Assembly: GCA_022510705.1 (NCBI GenBank)
Contig: JAFLSX010000001.1
Span: 13,736-77,735 of the forward strand
Source: Lachnospiraceae bacterium
GTDB lineage: Bacteria > Bacillota > Clostridia > Lachnospirales > Lachnospiraceae
Length of the DNA: 64,000 bases
Direction of reading: 5' to 3'
The position numbers were made by a program, and so were the translations under genes. Within the stretch, counting starts at the first letter, position 1. The number at the start of each line of letters is the position of its first letter. Shown one piece after another: positions 47,435 to 57,239 of this stretch. The notes beneath the pieces were generated by a model. The model was not told the origin of the DNA. It saw only the letters and a program-made list of their open reading frames with translations, and did no database searches.

Positions 47435-47968
47435 CTATTCCCGATCCTCCAAATCTTTTTTCATGATTTCCAGGTAAGGAACCAGTACGCCGCTCTTTTT
47501 AGGAATCAGATAGTCGGGATTTAATTCTTCGTATCGAAAGCTTTTTCTGCCGCCCTCCTGAGCTCTGTCCCAGAAATATCTAAGCATTTCATAGGGGAGA
47601 TAATAAAAAATATCTTTTGCAGTGTAATAAATCAAAAAGAAGGCAATGCCGCCCTGCTTTTCAAATTCTTCCATAAATTTCACCTGATGGGAATGAATAT
47701 TTTGTAAAGAAAAAGTATCCACCGCACATTCTTTGGCATCAAAACAGACAGGAATCCCCTGCACCACACCAATATAGTCCACAGTACTTTTCTGCTCAAA
47801 ATACGCCAAAGTAATCTGATGATGTGCTTTGTCCATTTTGATAGGGGTAATAGGTGTCGGAATCTTTTGAATCAGTGCCAGTCCGTTCTCCAGATATTTT
47901 TCATTGGTTTTATTGATCAACTCTTCCAGCGTGGAACCTCTAAGTCCTCGTGATTTCCAGGTTGCCAT
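47435..47968 (-). CDS. recU: Holliday junction resolvase RecU
   Basis: RG..LE..IN.TN, K.PTP, STVDYIG, FDAKE, HQ. Confidence 0.93.
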   Translation of the reverse strand: MATWKSRGLRGSTLEELINKTNEKYLENGLALIQKIPTPITPIKMDKAHHQITLAYFEQKSTVDYIGVVQGIPVCFDAKECAVDTFSLQNIHSHQVKFMEEFEKQGGIAFFLIYYTAKDIFYYLPYEMLRYFWDRAQEGGRKSFRYEELNPDYLIPKKSGVLVPYLEIMKKDLEDRE

Positions 47969-48971
47969 ATGCTAAAACCTCCTTCATTGCGGCAGGAAGC
48001 GGTGCTGTAATACTTTTACCTGAGAGTGCTTCCAACAGAGGATCTGTTGGGAACTCCAAACGATGAGCATGAAGCAGCTGACTTCTGACACCAAATTTCT
48101 CCGTATATTTCCGATTAAAAGCAGTTTCTCCGTATTTCATATCTCCTAAAACAGGATGTCCGATGCTTGCCAAATGAGCCCGAATCTGATGGGGTTTACC
48201 CGTGATAAGTTCCACCTCCAAAAGTGTAAAATCACGGCTGCTTCCTAAGGGTACATATGCGGTTTGAATGGCAGTTGCATCGACGGAGGCTTGCTTCCTA
48301 ATATATACCCGATTGGTACTTTCCTCTTTCGTTAAATACCCCTCAATTCGTGCCGCCTTTTTTAATTCCCCTTTTACCACGGCAAGATAATATTTTTTAA
48401 TCCCTCTCTCCCGTATCAGCTTACTGAAAAGCTGGCTTCCCTGCAGAGAAATGCCGCACAGTACCAGCCCGCTGGTATTACGGTCTAAGCGGTTTAACAC
48501 AGAGGGCTTAAAAGTTTTTAAGATTTTCTCCGTAAGAAGTCCCTGCTTCAACAGATAACCGATCATCCATTCATTCAAAGAAAGCTGTTTATTATCTGCC
48601 TTTTGGGTCAAAATGCCGGCAGGTTTATTGACAATAAGTACATTTTCATCCCGGTATAGAATATCCACGCCTTTTATTGTTTCATAAGCTGTCAGATATG
48701 CATCGGCGCTACTGCCTGTCTTTGTATTTACGGACCGTATTTCTAAGGGATTTTCAGACAATTTTCGGAAGGTATCTTCCGAAAAAAAGAAATCGACAGT
48801 ATCACCTACTGCCAAGATTTCCTTTCCTTCCGCCTTTTTATGATTTAATACAATATTTTTCTTTCTGAGCATCTTATACAGGAAACCGCTTCCTGCACCC
48901 GGCAGCAATTTGTGAAGAAATTTATCAAACCTCTGCCCAGCCTGATTATTTTCAATTAGAAATGACTGCAT
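47940..48971 (-). CDS. RluA family pseudouridine synthase (RluC-like, S4 domain)
   Basis: NKPAG, NRLDRNTSG, GKPHQIRAH, GDMKYG. Confidence 0.88.
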   Translation of the reverse strand: MQSFLIENNQAGQRFDKFLHKLLPGAGSGFLYKMLRKKNIVLNHKKAEGKEILAVGDTVDFFFSEDTFRKLSENPLEIRSVNTKTGSSADAYLTAYETIKGVDILYRDENVLIVNKPAGILTQKADNKQLSLNEWMIGYLLKQGLLTEKILKTFKPSVLNRLDRNTSGLVLCGISLQGSQLFSKLIRERGIKKYYLAVVKGELKKAARIEGYLTKEESTNRVYIRKQASVDATAIQTAYVPLGSSRDFTLLEVELITGKPHQIRAHLASIGHPVLGDMKYGETAFNRKYTEKFGVRSQLLHAHRLEFPTDPLLEALSGKSITAPLPAAMKEVLAYGNLEITRT

Positions 48972-48988
48972 AGGTTCCTTTCATTTGC

Positions 48989-49573
48989 CTATAGAGAAAT
49001 ACTCTTTAAGGTATTGCCAATATTCCTGCTTAAAGACGCATCCTCTGCAAGCGCTTTCAACTGTTCCAATCTGCCTGCATACTTTTGGACATCTCCAAAA
49101 AGCTTAATACTTACATCTTTAAAATTATCTATTTTAAGGCATCCATCCAAGTGTTTTATACAGTCTGTCTCCGATAGTCTCTCATCCGGCATAAATCCTA
49201 CAATAGTATTTCCGCGAATCACTAAATGTGAAACCGGATAGGTTTTATCCCTGGAGGTAAACACCAGATCATAGAGACAGTACAGTCCCTGTGAATGTTC
49301 CTCAATAATATCCGCATACTCACCGGAAAGACTGTGATACCGTGTATAAATAACAGCTTCTACAAAACTCTTACTGGCCGGCAGACAGCCTAATACCGCA
49401 ACGATCGTCAACAGATTGTTGCGGGTACCGGTCGTTAGGAAACCGGCCGCAAATAAAGCAAGTGATATGGCAAAATAGATTACGGTACGGATCCACTCAT
49501 ATTTATGTTGACTGTCTAAATAGTTTTTAGTACCTTTTACGGCTTCTGTTGTAAATAAACGCTTAAAGCTCAT
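48989..49573 (-). CDS. Hypothetical membrane protein (2 TM + soluble domain)
   Basis: 194-aa ORF with RBS; NLLTIVAVLGCLPA segment; no function recognised. Confidence 0.7.
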   Translation of the reverse strand: MSFKRLFTTEAVKGTKNYLDSQHKYEWIRTVIYFAISLALFAAGFLTTGTRNNLLTIVAVLGCLPASKSFVEAVIYTRYHSLSGEYADIIEEHSQGLYCLYDLVFTSRDKTYPVSHLVIRGNTIVGFMPDERLSETDCIKHLDGCLKIDNFKDVSIKLFGDVQKYAGRLEQLKALAEDASLSRNIGNTLKSISL

Positions 49574-49592
49574 AAGAACTCCCTGGCTGCCG

Positions 49593-50834
49593 TTATTCCG
49601 ATACGGGCGCAGAACCGTCCTGTATCATTTCCAGCATATATTTTACGATTTCGGGATCAAACTGCTTGCCGGCATTCTCTTTTAATTCTTTCTTTATGTA
49701 ATCCATATCCATGGCTTTACGGTAACATCTGGCACTGCTCATGGCGTCAAAGGAATCTGACACACAGATAATGCGGGCCACCAAAGGAATATCCATGCCT
49801 TTTAATCCGGAAGCATAACCGTTTCCGTCAAACCGCTCATGATGATACAGCGCTCCGTCAACTATATTGGGTATGGAAAAGAAATCTTTCAGAATTTCTC
49901 CGCCGATGGTAACATGCTGCTTTATGACAGCTCGTTCCTCTTCGGTCAGAGCTCCCGGTTTGTTCAAAATATTATCCGTAATACCTATTTTCCCAATATC
50001 ATGCAAAAGTGCAATATAATATATATTTTGAATATCGTCTTCCGACATACCCATGCGCCTTGCAATTTCACGGGAATACAGTGATACCCTAAGAGAATGT
50101 CCCTTGGTATACTCGTCTTTTGCATCTATAATGCGGGCAAAAGTCTGCAGGGATTCATTGATAATGTGCTGGTCCCGTATCTGTTGCTGTCTATATTTGC
50201 GCAGACGGGCACTGAGCAGAATGATCACCAAATCCCATATCAACAAGACCACCGCATAAGAGAGCAATAGCCAGAACAGGGGATGCTGCCAGAGTTTGGT
50301 CTCCCGATAGAATTCTATCGTGCACTCCGAAAAATGGAAGCTGTCAATATGCGTCATCATGACAAATCCGAAAGTAATATTATCTTCTGCACGAATGGTA
50401 CTGTTATAATCCAAAGGAACTACTGTCAGTACATCTCCTACAAAAGTGAAGCTTCCGCTCCAGTAACTGTCCAGTACACTATTTAGCGGCGCGCTTAAAT
50501 GCATACGCCAGTTCTGAATATCTTTGCTGGAATTGTTAGTGAAAGTAATATCATACTGGGTACCGTAAATGTCATTTCTTTCATCCTCCAGCCACATCTT
50601 GGTAAGTGTCACGTCAAATTCAAAATTGGAGGCATTCACCTGCCGGGCATTCGGCTTCTCCTGCTCTGCCATAACAAGTAAGTTCCTGCCTTCCTCATTG
50701 ATATTGGGGCAGACAGCATATAAAAGCCGTGTGGATTGATACTTTAAGTAGGCAGACAATCCAATGAATGACAATATGATCAATAAAAATGATATGCCGT
50801 TAAAGATAAACCAGCCTTTTTTACTAAAAAGCAT
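49593..50834 (-). CDS. Membrane HD-GYP phosphodiesterase with an extracellular CBM2-like domain
   Basis: TM-[W81, ITFTN, W109, W125, YN..I, TFGF]-TM, then DAKDEYTKGHS, HDIGK, HHERFDGNGY, DSFDAM, GKQFDP. Confidence 0.85.
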   Translation of the reverse strand: MLFSKKGWFIFNGISFLLIILSFIGLSAYLKYQSTRLLYAVCPNINEEGRNLLVMAEQEKPNARQVNASNFEFDVTLTKMWLEDERNDIYGTQYDITFTNNSSKDIQNWRMHLSAPLNSVLDSYWSGSFTFVGDVLTVVPLDYNSTIRAEDNITFGFVMMTHIDSFHFSECTIEFYRETKLWQHPLFWLLLSYAVVLLIWDLVIILLSARLRKYRQQQIRDQHIINESLQTFARIIDAKDEYTKGHSLRVSLYSREIARRMGMSEDDIQNIYYIALLHDIGKIGITDNILNKPGALTEEERAVIKQHVTIGGEILKDFFSIPNIVDGALYHHERFDGNGYASGLKGMDIPLVARIICVSDSFDAMSSARCYRKAMDMDYIKKELKENAGKQFDPEIVKYMLEMIQDGSAPVSE

Positions 50835-50877
50835 GATAATCTCCTTTATCCATAAATATTAGCGCACTTATTGATGC

Positions 50878-50906
50878 ATTATACCGTATTTTAACAGAAA
50901 AAGCAA
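50878..50906 (-). promoter_or_regulatory. Sigma-A promoter of the CBM2-HD-GYP gene
   Basis: Minus strand TTGCTT (50901-50906), 17 bp, TATAAT (50878-50883). Confidence 0.65.
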
Positions 50907-50914
50907 TCTTTGGA

Positions 50915-51688
50915 CTATTTTAGGAAAGTTTTCATCTGCAACAAAAATTCATGCGGCAGATATTTACAGGCAGCCAGAAAGGATTTCATGACAAATCCGG
51001 GGACGATCATAGATTTCCTGCGGTAGGAAGCCCGTAATGCATCGGATACACATTTTTCCGCACTGATCATAACCAGTTTCTTGTAAGCCGGCATATCGGC
51101 ATACTGCTCCGCCGTTGCAAAGAACTCTGTATTCACAGGCCCCGGACATACTGCAGTAACATAAATACCATAGGGAGCCAGCTCTCTGCATAAAGCTCTG
51201 GATAAACTGAGTACATAGGACTTACTGGCCGCATAGACTGCAAAATTGGGCTGTGGCAAAAAAGCTGCACCGGAAGCTAATTGAATGATTCTGCTTCCCT
51301 TTGCCATAAAAGGCAGAGTAAGATAAGTCATTTTTGTAAGCCCTTCACAGTTGACAAGCAGCATTTCCAGCTGTTCCTCCAAGGAAAGTTCCATAAAATC
51401 ACCAATCAGTCCAAACCCCGCTGCATTGATCAACATTCTGACAACTGCACCGGATTGTTCCAACAGTTTTTCAAAATCGTCCGTGGCATATTCATCCGTA
51501 ACATCCATGACGATCAGTCTGGTAGTATGCTCCATAACCCGGGCCACTTCTTCAAGCCGTTCTTTTCTTCGGGCAATCAACCAAATCTCATCAATATTGG
51601 AGAATGCTGTATCTATCTGTAAAGCAAATTCCTGGCCGATGCCGGAACTGGCTCCGGTAATTATAATAATATTCTTTCTCTTTTTCAT
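50915..51688 (-). CDS. Short-chain dehydrogenase/reductase
   Basis: TGASSGIG, NAAG, YAASK, CPGPV. Confidence 0.92.
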   Translation of the reverse strand: MKKRKNIIIITGASSGIGQEFALQIDTAFSNIDEIWLIARRKERLEEVARVMEHTTRLIVMDVTDEYATDDFEKLLEQSGAVVRMLINAAGFGLIGDFMELSLEEQLEMLLVNCEGLTKMTYLTLPFMAKGSRIIQLASGAAFLPQPNFAVYAASKSYVLSLSRALCRELAPYGIYVTAVCPGPVNTEFFATAEQYADMPAYKKLVMISAEKCVSDALRASYRRKSMIVPGFVMKSFLAACKYLPHEFLLQMKTFLK

Positions 51689-51738
51689 TTTCCATATCCT
51701 TTCTTTAACCATTCTGTTCCTATGGCATATGACATTCT

Positions 51739-52413
51739 TCACAACAGTTCCGTATATGAATTAATAAAATAATCCGCCATTTTGACTTTCTTATCTTTAA
51801 TCTCCTTGGAATAGAGATCATCCACCGCACAAACCTTCATCCCTGCAGCCTGACCGGCTTCAATTCCCGGTAATATATCCTCAAAAACCAGGCATTTGGA
51901 GGGTGGAACCTGCAGCTTTTCTGCAACTGCTAAATAAATATCCGGTGAAGGTTTCCCTTTTTCCACCTCGCATGCAGTCATAATACAATCCATATAGTCA
52001 TGAAGAGAAAGCGCTTGCGCAGCTATCTCCACGAGTTCTCGGGAATTACTTGTGGCCACTCCCATTTTCATGTTCCGATGTTTGCAGAGTTTTAAAAAGT
52101 TCTGTGCATCTTTTTTAAAAAACACCTCATGTCGGTATTTGTAAGCAGTCATGGCATTCCAGTCCGCCTTGATCGTCTCAATGCTGTCGGGAAGTTCAAA
52201 TCTTTCCTTGAAATAGACTGCTGTTTCAGAAAAACTCATTCCTTCAATTTCCTCCTGCAGTCGTTCGGGTAAGGCAATCCCAAAGCGAGAAAGATATTCT
52301 ATGTCTATCTGTCGCCACATCCACATGGAATCCACCAGTGTGCCGTCCAAGTCAAACAATATTGCTTTAAATTCCGGCAGTTTTTTCTTCAGTGGATTCT
52401 CTTTTGTCATCAT
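51739..52413 (-). CDS. HAD family phosphatase
   Basis: FDLDGTLVDS, VATS, KPSPDIY, VFED. Confidence 0.92.
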   Translation of the reverse strand: MMTKENPLKKKLPEFKAILFDLDGTLVDSMWMWRQIDIEYLSRFGIALPERLQEEIEGMSFSETAVYFKERFELPDSIETIKADWNAMTAYKYRHEVFFKKDAQNFLKLCKHRNMKMGVATSNSRELVEIAAQALSLHDYMDCIMTACEVEKGKPSPDIYLAVAEKLQVPPSKCLVFEDILPGIEAGQAAGMKVCAVDDLYSKEIKDKKVKMADYFINSYTELL

Positions 52414-53116
52414 GTGCATACTCCTTTTTTAAAACCTCTATTTCTGCTTCTCTAAGTGGTCTGAATTCACCCTTTCTTAAGTTCTCATCCAAAACCAGAC
52501 CGCCCATGGACAGGCGTTTTAAATAAAGCACTTCATTTCCCACTGCTTTTAACATTCTTTTGATTTGATGATAGCGTCCCTCTTGAATAGTTATCAGAAT
52601 GCGTTTTTCTTCTATCAATTCAACTTTGGCCGGTGCTGTGAGTTTCTTCTCTCCTATGTCTACGCCCCGTCTTAGGGCATCTGCCGCCTCTACGGAGAGG
52701 GGTATGCTTATTTCTGCCAAATAGGTTTTATCCACATGCTTTTTGGGAGCCAGCAGATTGTGTGCCAATGCGCCGTCATCCGTAAGCAATAGAAGTCCTT
52801 CCGTGTCCTTATCCAGCCTGCCTACCGGAAACAGTCCTTTCACGGGAATATCCGTAAGCAGATCCAGAACGGTTTTCTGCCGACTATCCTTGGTTGCGGT
52901 AACCACCCCCGCAGGTTTATACAACATATAATAATGATATTTAGTAAAGGAAAACAGCTGCCCTTTAAAGCATACTGCATCCTTCTCTTCGGCCACCCGG
53001 GCAGATGCATCCTTTATAATACTGCCGTTTACGGAAACCAGCCCTTTTCGGATAGCCTGTTTTACCTCGTTTCTGCTTCCCGCCCCGGTCTGGCTTAAGA
53101 ATTTATCCAGACGCAT
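52367..53116 (-). CDS. rsuA: RsuA family pseudouridine synthase
   Basis: MRLDKFL S4 domain, GRLDKDTEGL, EGRYHQIKRM. Confidence 0.85.
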   Translation of the reverse strand: MRLDKFLSQTGAGSRNEVKQAIRKGLVSVNGSIIKDASARVAEEKDAVCFKGQLFSFTKYHYYMLYKPAGVVTATKDSRQKTVLDLLTDIPVKGLFPVGRLDKDTEGLLLLTDDGALAHNLLAPKKHVDKTYLAEISIPLSVEAADALRRGVDIGEKKLTAPAKVELIEEKRILITIQEGRYHQIKRMLKAVGNEVLYLKRLSMGGLVLDENLRKGEFRPLREAEIEVLKKEYAHDDKRESTEEKTAGI

Positions 53117-53143
53117 TGTACTCCTTTCGTCCATTACCCAAAA

Positions 53144-53172
53144 GCATTTCTTATTTTACCGTCACATACAAT
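53144..53172 (+). promoter_or_regulatory. SigmaE-type promoter of the ylbJ-like gene
   Basis: GCATTTC-14 bp-CATACAAT. Confidence 0.65.
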
Positions 53173-53192
53173 GAATAAAAAAGGAAATTTCT

Positions 53193-54119
53193 ATGAAGTT
53201 ATTTTTCTTTTTATTGCTGTTTCTCCTCATTCTGCTCCATCCCGGCATGAGCGTTCATTTTGCTGCAACCGGACTAAAACTATGGTTTGAATGTATGGTA
53301 CCTGCACTGCTTCCTTTTATGATCCTTTCCGGTATCATGATCCGCCAGAATCTGACGGAACGTTTTTCCAAAGTACTTTCCCCCATCTTAGCTCCTATAT
53401 GCAGGCTGAGTGGTCATTGTATATACTGTATGATTCTAGGATTTCTCTGCGGTTTTCCCATGGGTGCCAAAACAGTAGCAGAGCTATATGAAAGAAAACA
53501 GCTTACCAAAAAAGAAGCCTCTCTTCTATTAGCTTTTTGTAATAATATCGGTCCCGTATATTTTTTGAATTTTCTACTGCCCACCATCGGGATGAAAAAA
53601 CCGATCCAAATCCTAATCTGCACAATAGGAATGTATGGAATACCGCTGTGCTATGGGATTTTTCTGCGTTACAGTAACTTTTTACTGCCTAAAGGTGTCT
53701 TTACTGATCCTACAAAAGAGACATTATCTCCCACAGAACCTTTTTTCCAAAGTTTGGATGATTCCATGCAATCCGGTATTGCCGGCATTACTACACTGGG
53801 TGGATATATGATCTTCTTTAATCTGCTGAATCTGATTCCCTATGTTCTGCTCTCTGCCGCAGATTCCGTTCATACCGAAAAAATCCGGTTGTTTTTTCAC
53901 TGCATAACGGAAATTACAAACGGTGTAAATTATTGCGGTACGCAGATGCCGTTTTTAGTTCTTTTGATACTGCCTATAGGAGGGCTTTCCTGTATTGCAC
54001 AGACGGCCAGCATGATAAAAAATACGGATTTATCCCTAAAAAATTATTTGGTACATAAACTGGTTCAAACCATGCTTACAATCTTTTATTATTATTTTTT
54101 GTGCCGTTTTCTCCTCTGA
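53193..54119 (+). CDS. ylbJ: YlbJ-like sporulation integral membrane protein
   Basis: GL.LW...VPALLPFMILS, GFLCGFPMGAK, FCNNIGP, EITNG, GGLSCIAQ. Confidence 0.78.
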   Translation: MKLFFFLLLFLLILLHPGMSVHFAATGLKLWFECMVPALLPFMILSGIMIRQNLTERFSKVLSPILAPICRLSGHCIYCMILGFLCGFPMGAKTVAELYERKQLTKKEASLLLAFCNNIGPVYFLNFLLPTIGMKKPIQILICTIGMYGIPLCYGIFLRYSNFLLPKGVFTDPTKETLSPTEPFFQSLDDSMQSGIAGITTLGGYMIFFNLLNLIPYVLLSAADSVHTEKIRLFFHCITEITNGVNYCGTQMPFLVLLILPIGGLSCIAQTASMIKNTDLSLKNYLVHKLVQTMLTIFYYYFLCRFLL

Positions 54120-55432
54120 CGTTTCCTGCCGGCTATGATAATATTGGAAATAAAAAGTGCCATAAACAAAATGCAGGCTATAAAAAAGCATACCATCAAA
54201 AAACCGAAAAAGTTTCGTTCCTTATTTTCTTCCTCAGGTTTTTCCGGAGCATGAAATCCGGCGGACGGACTAGCTTGTATAGCGGAGTCATCTCCGTCGG
54301 ATACCGTATCTGAAAGTTCTTCTGTAGGCAAGAGTTCTGCAACCGGCTTTACAAATACGGGCAGGCCATCCAAAAGATTGCTCTCGGTATAGCGGTCGTA
54401 CTGATTTACTGCTTTCACCAAGACCACGGGACTGACGCCTTCCGGCACCTCTATTTCAAAAGTAAAGGTATCCGGACTGTACCGCGCCATAACATCAACA
54501 TTCGGCCATGCCAAATAGGGTGTATAGGTGATTCCGCCGTCAATACTGTAGGAATAATACAGCATGGGGCTGTCATAATCATAAGCAGTCAAAGTAATAC
54601 CTATTATACTTCTTTCCAAATCCGTATAGGCTTCTTCAATTGTACAGATATCCGGATCCGTAGTATCCGCCTGGACATACAGCGCACCGGGTTCCAGTTC
54701 TATTAACTCATAATCGCTGTAATCCACTCCCAAAGTCTGGCTGCTTAAGCCAAAAAACTTTGCCACGGAAGTAGCATCCGCAACGCCAAAGCGCACCAAA
54801 TCCTCTTCGGAATCACAAAATCCCACATCCGTTTCATGGTCGATATGGCAGTGTTCAATGAGGGCTGCCGGAATATCATACTCTTCACAATATCGTAAAA
54901 TACCGTAATAGTCCCTTCCTCTGTCATTAAATCTGGTTTTGACGCCTCTGATATATAACCCCATGTCTGCCATGGTTTCCATCTGAACGCAGCCAAAACG
55001 ATATCCCTGCCGGTTCTCATCCCCAAAAGCGGATACCCAGACCTCCGAACCAAAAAGAATATTGCCCGGAGACATATTAAAATGCAGACAGAATACAAAA
55101 TCCGCATTGACGGAAGCGGCAAAATCCGCACGGGCCTGAATACTCATATCCGTATCCGTAGAGGTATGGGTCATATAGACCGTAACATCCTCGTATTTTT
55201 CCAGCTCTTCCTTCATGGCATTGGCCACAACCATATTCATTTCTTTTTCCAGAAAACCGTTATAATCTGCTCCTAAATTGTTCCCGCCATGTCCGGGATC
55301 AATGACAATGACCAACTCCCCATCCGTATCCAGAGGGTAAGAAAAGCCTGTTGCATATACCTCTTCTGCAGGAAAAAGAAATACAAAGGACAAAACGGCA
55401 AATATCATAATCCAACGAAATGATTTCCCCAT
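54092..55432 (-). CDS. N-acetylmuramoyl-L-alanine amidase (Amidase_3) with signal peptide and C-terminal TM anchor
   Basis: IDPGHGG, EKEMN, RADFA, LHFN, LIEH; C-terminal hydrophobic helix plus basic tail. Confidence 0.87.
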   Translation of the reverse strand: MGKSFRWIMIFAVLSFVFLFPAEEVYATGFSYPLDTDGELVIVIDPGHGGNNLGADYNGFLEKEMNMVVANAMKEELEKYEDVTVYMTHTSTDTDMSIQARADFAASVNADFVFCLHFNMSPGNILFGSEVWVSAFGDENRQGYRFGCVQMETMADMGLYIRGVKTRFNDRGRDYYGILRYCEEYDIPAALIEHCHIDHETDVGFCDSEEDLVRFGVADATSVAKFFGLSSQTLGVDYSDYELIELEPGALYVQADTTDPDICTIEEAYTDLERSIIGITLTAYDYDSPMLYYSYSIDGGITYTPYLAWPNVDVMARYSPDTFTFEIEVPEGVSPVVLVKAVNQYDRYTESNLLDGLPVFVKPVAELLPTEELSDTVSDGDDSAIQASPSAGFHAPEKPEEENKERNFFGFLMVCFFIACILFMALFISNIIIAGRKRQRRKRHKK

Positions 55433-55470
55433 ACTCATCTCCGTTCTTTTTGTATTTGGCATCCTATATC

Positions 55471-55511
55471 AAAAAACCGGTTCCCGGCAATTAGGTTCCG
55501 GAAACCGGTTT
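55471..55511 (-). terminator. Intrinsic terminator after the SepIVA-like gene
   Basis: AAACCGGTT.CCGG...CCGG.AACCGGTTT with a minus-strand T-tract. Confidence 0.75.
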
Positions 55512-55523
55512 ACTTTCCCTATT

Positions 55524-56117
55524 TTAAATCACATTCAACCCCGCCTTGGAATCTTCTAAATCCACCTCTACAAGTTCTTCTACAGGATGCAGTTCCGCAC
55601 GATTTGCCTGGATAATATCGTGGTAATGATTTAAATTTCCGATCAAAGACTCATAATTGGACGAAGCTGTTCGGGATGCTTCCGCTGTAATTCCCTCAAG
55701 ATTTGCTAACATGTCATCCATATACTGCATAGCCGACATTCGCACGTTATTGGCCTCCATGGTCGCATTATCCAAAATCTCCTGTGCCTGCCTGGTTGCC
55801 ATTGTCACAACCTCATTTGCCTGCGCATAAGCCTGCTGCATAATCTCATGTTCACTGATTAATTGATTGGTCTGGATGGTAGCTTCTTTTATCAAGGTTT
55901 CTGCTTTTGAGCGGGCATCATTTAAAATTGCTTCCTTATTGCTGATGATCTTCTGATAGCGCTTGATTTCATCCGGCGTCTTCATTCTCAGTTCCCGCAA
56001 TAATTCGTCAATTTCATCCTTGTTGACAACGATCTTCGTACTGGAAAAGGCCATAGGCTTACAGTTGTCAATATATTCCTCTATATCGTCAATCAGTTGT
56101 TCAATTTTGCTGCTCAT
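55524..56117 (-). CDS. SepIVA/DivIVA-like coiled-coil protein
   Basis: IDDIEEYID..KPM..S.KIVVNKDEI.ELL.ELR..P.EI followed by an Ala-rich coiled coil; directly after coaD. Confidence 0.65.
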   Translation of the reverse strand: MSSKIEQLIDDIEEYIDNCKPMAFSSTKIVVNKDEIDELLRELRMKTPDEIKRYQKIISNKEAILNDARSKAETLIKEATIQTNQLISEHEIMQQAYAQANEVVTMATRQAQEILDNATMEANNVRMSAMQYMDDMLANLEGITAEASRTASSNYESLIGNLNHYHDIIQANRAELHPVEELVEVDLEDSKAGLNVI

Positions 56118-56190
56118 TGGTTCATCCTCCCACTACTTGCTATATCCATCAGATTCAGTTTGATACGTAATCTGTCATCAAACAAAAAAC

Positions 56191-56679
56191 TCACTTGATG
56201 ATGCCGAATTTATCATACACCATACTTACCACAAAATCCGGTACACACATGGAAATATCTCCTCCGAAAGAAGCAATCTCCTTCACACTGGAAGAACTGA
56301 GATAGGAATATTCCAAATTTGTGGTAAAAAACATGGTATCCAGACTTTCCTTGGATAAAATCCTGTTTGTCTGTGCTATCTGCAGCTCATACTCAAAATC
56401 CGTAATGGCACGCAGCCCCCTTATGGCAACATGAATATCCTTCTCTTTTGCATAATCGATCAATAGTCCACTAAAGGAATCCACTTTTACATTAGGTATG
56501 TCCGCAGTTGCTTTTTCTAATATCTTAACACGTTCTTCCAAAGAAAACAACGGCTTCTTTTCTTTATTGTTGAGAATACTTACAATTAATTCATCAAAAA
56601 CTGATGCAGCACGTTTGATCACATCCAAATGTCCAAAAGTCACCGGGTCAAAGCTGCCCGGATAAACAGCACGTTTCAT
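56191..56679 (-). CDS. coaD: Phosphopantetheine adenylyltransferase
   Basis: [28 protein letters not shown]. Confidence 0.97.
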   Translation of the reverse strand: MKRAVYPGSFDPVTFGHLDVIKRAASVFDELIVSILNNKEKKPLFSLEERVKILEKATADIPNVKVDSFSGLLIDYAKEKDIHVAIRGLRAITDFEYELQIAQTNRILSKESLDTMFFTTNLEYSYLSSSSVKEIASFGGDISMCVPDFVVSMVYDKFGIIK

Positions 56680-57239
56680 AGGCTCCTCTCATTCTGTAAA
56701 GACATAAATACATGTTTATTGGTTTTGTATTTCTTTTCTTTATCGATACGATATCCCAAGTCTTCCACGTAGGAAAAATCCGTTGTTAAATCTGCTTCCA
56801 CAATGATCAGGGTATTTCCCGTTACATAGTGACAGTTTTGTAAGATTTGCAACACCTGTTTTTCCAACCCCATCTCATAGGGCGGATCCATGAAAATAAT
56901 ATCAGCCTCTTTTTCAAAGATATTATGCAGTGCTCCTAATGCATCCTGCTTGAGAATTACTGCTCTGTCAGTAAATTTAGTGAACTCCAGATTCTGGCGG
57001 ATACAGTCAATAGCGGGAGCCGCATTTTCTATAAAATAAGCCTTTCTGGCTCCTCTGCTCAAGGCTTCAATGCCGATACTTCCACTGCCACTGAAAATAT
57101 CAATAAAGACGCTGTTCGGCGTATAGGCCTGCAGCATATTGAACAGCGTTTCTTTTATTCTGTCCGTGGTAGGTCTGGTACCCATGCCCTCCGGTGCTTT
57201 TAGCGGCAGGCTTCTGGCAGTTCCTGCAATGACTCTCAT
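56676..57239 (-). CDS. rsmD: 16S rRNA m2G966 methyltransferase
   Basis: [37 protein letters not shown]. Confidence 0.95.
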   Translation of the reverse strand: MRVIAGTARSLPLKAPEGMGTRPTTDRIKETLFNMLQAYTPNSVFIDIFSGSGSIGIEALSRGARKAYFIENAAPAIDCIRQNLEFTKFTDRAVILKQDALGALHNIFEKEADIIFMDPPYEMGLEKQVLQILQNCHYVTGNTLIIVEADLTTDFSYVEDLGYRIDKEKKYKTNKHVFMSLQNERSL

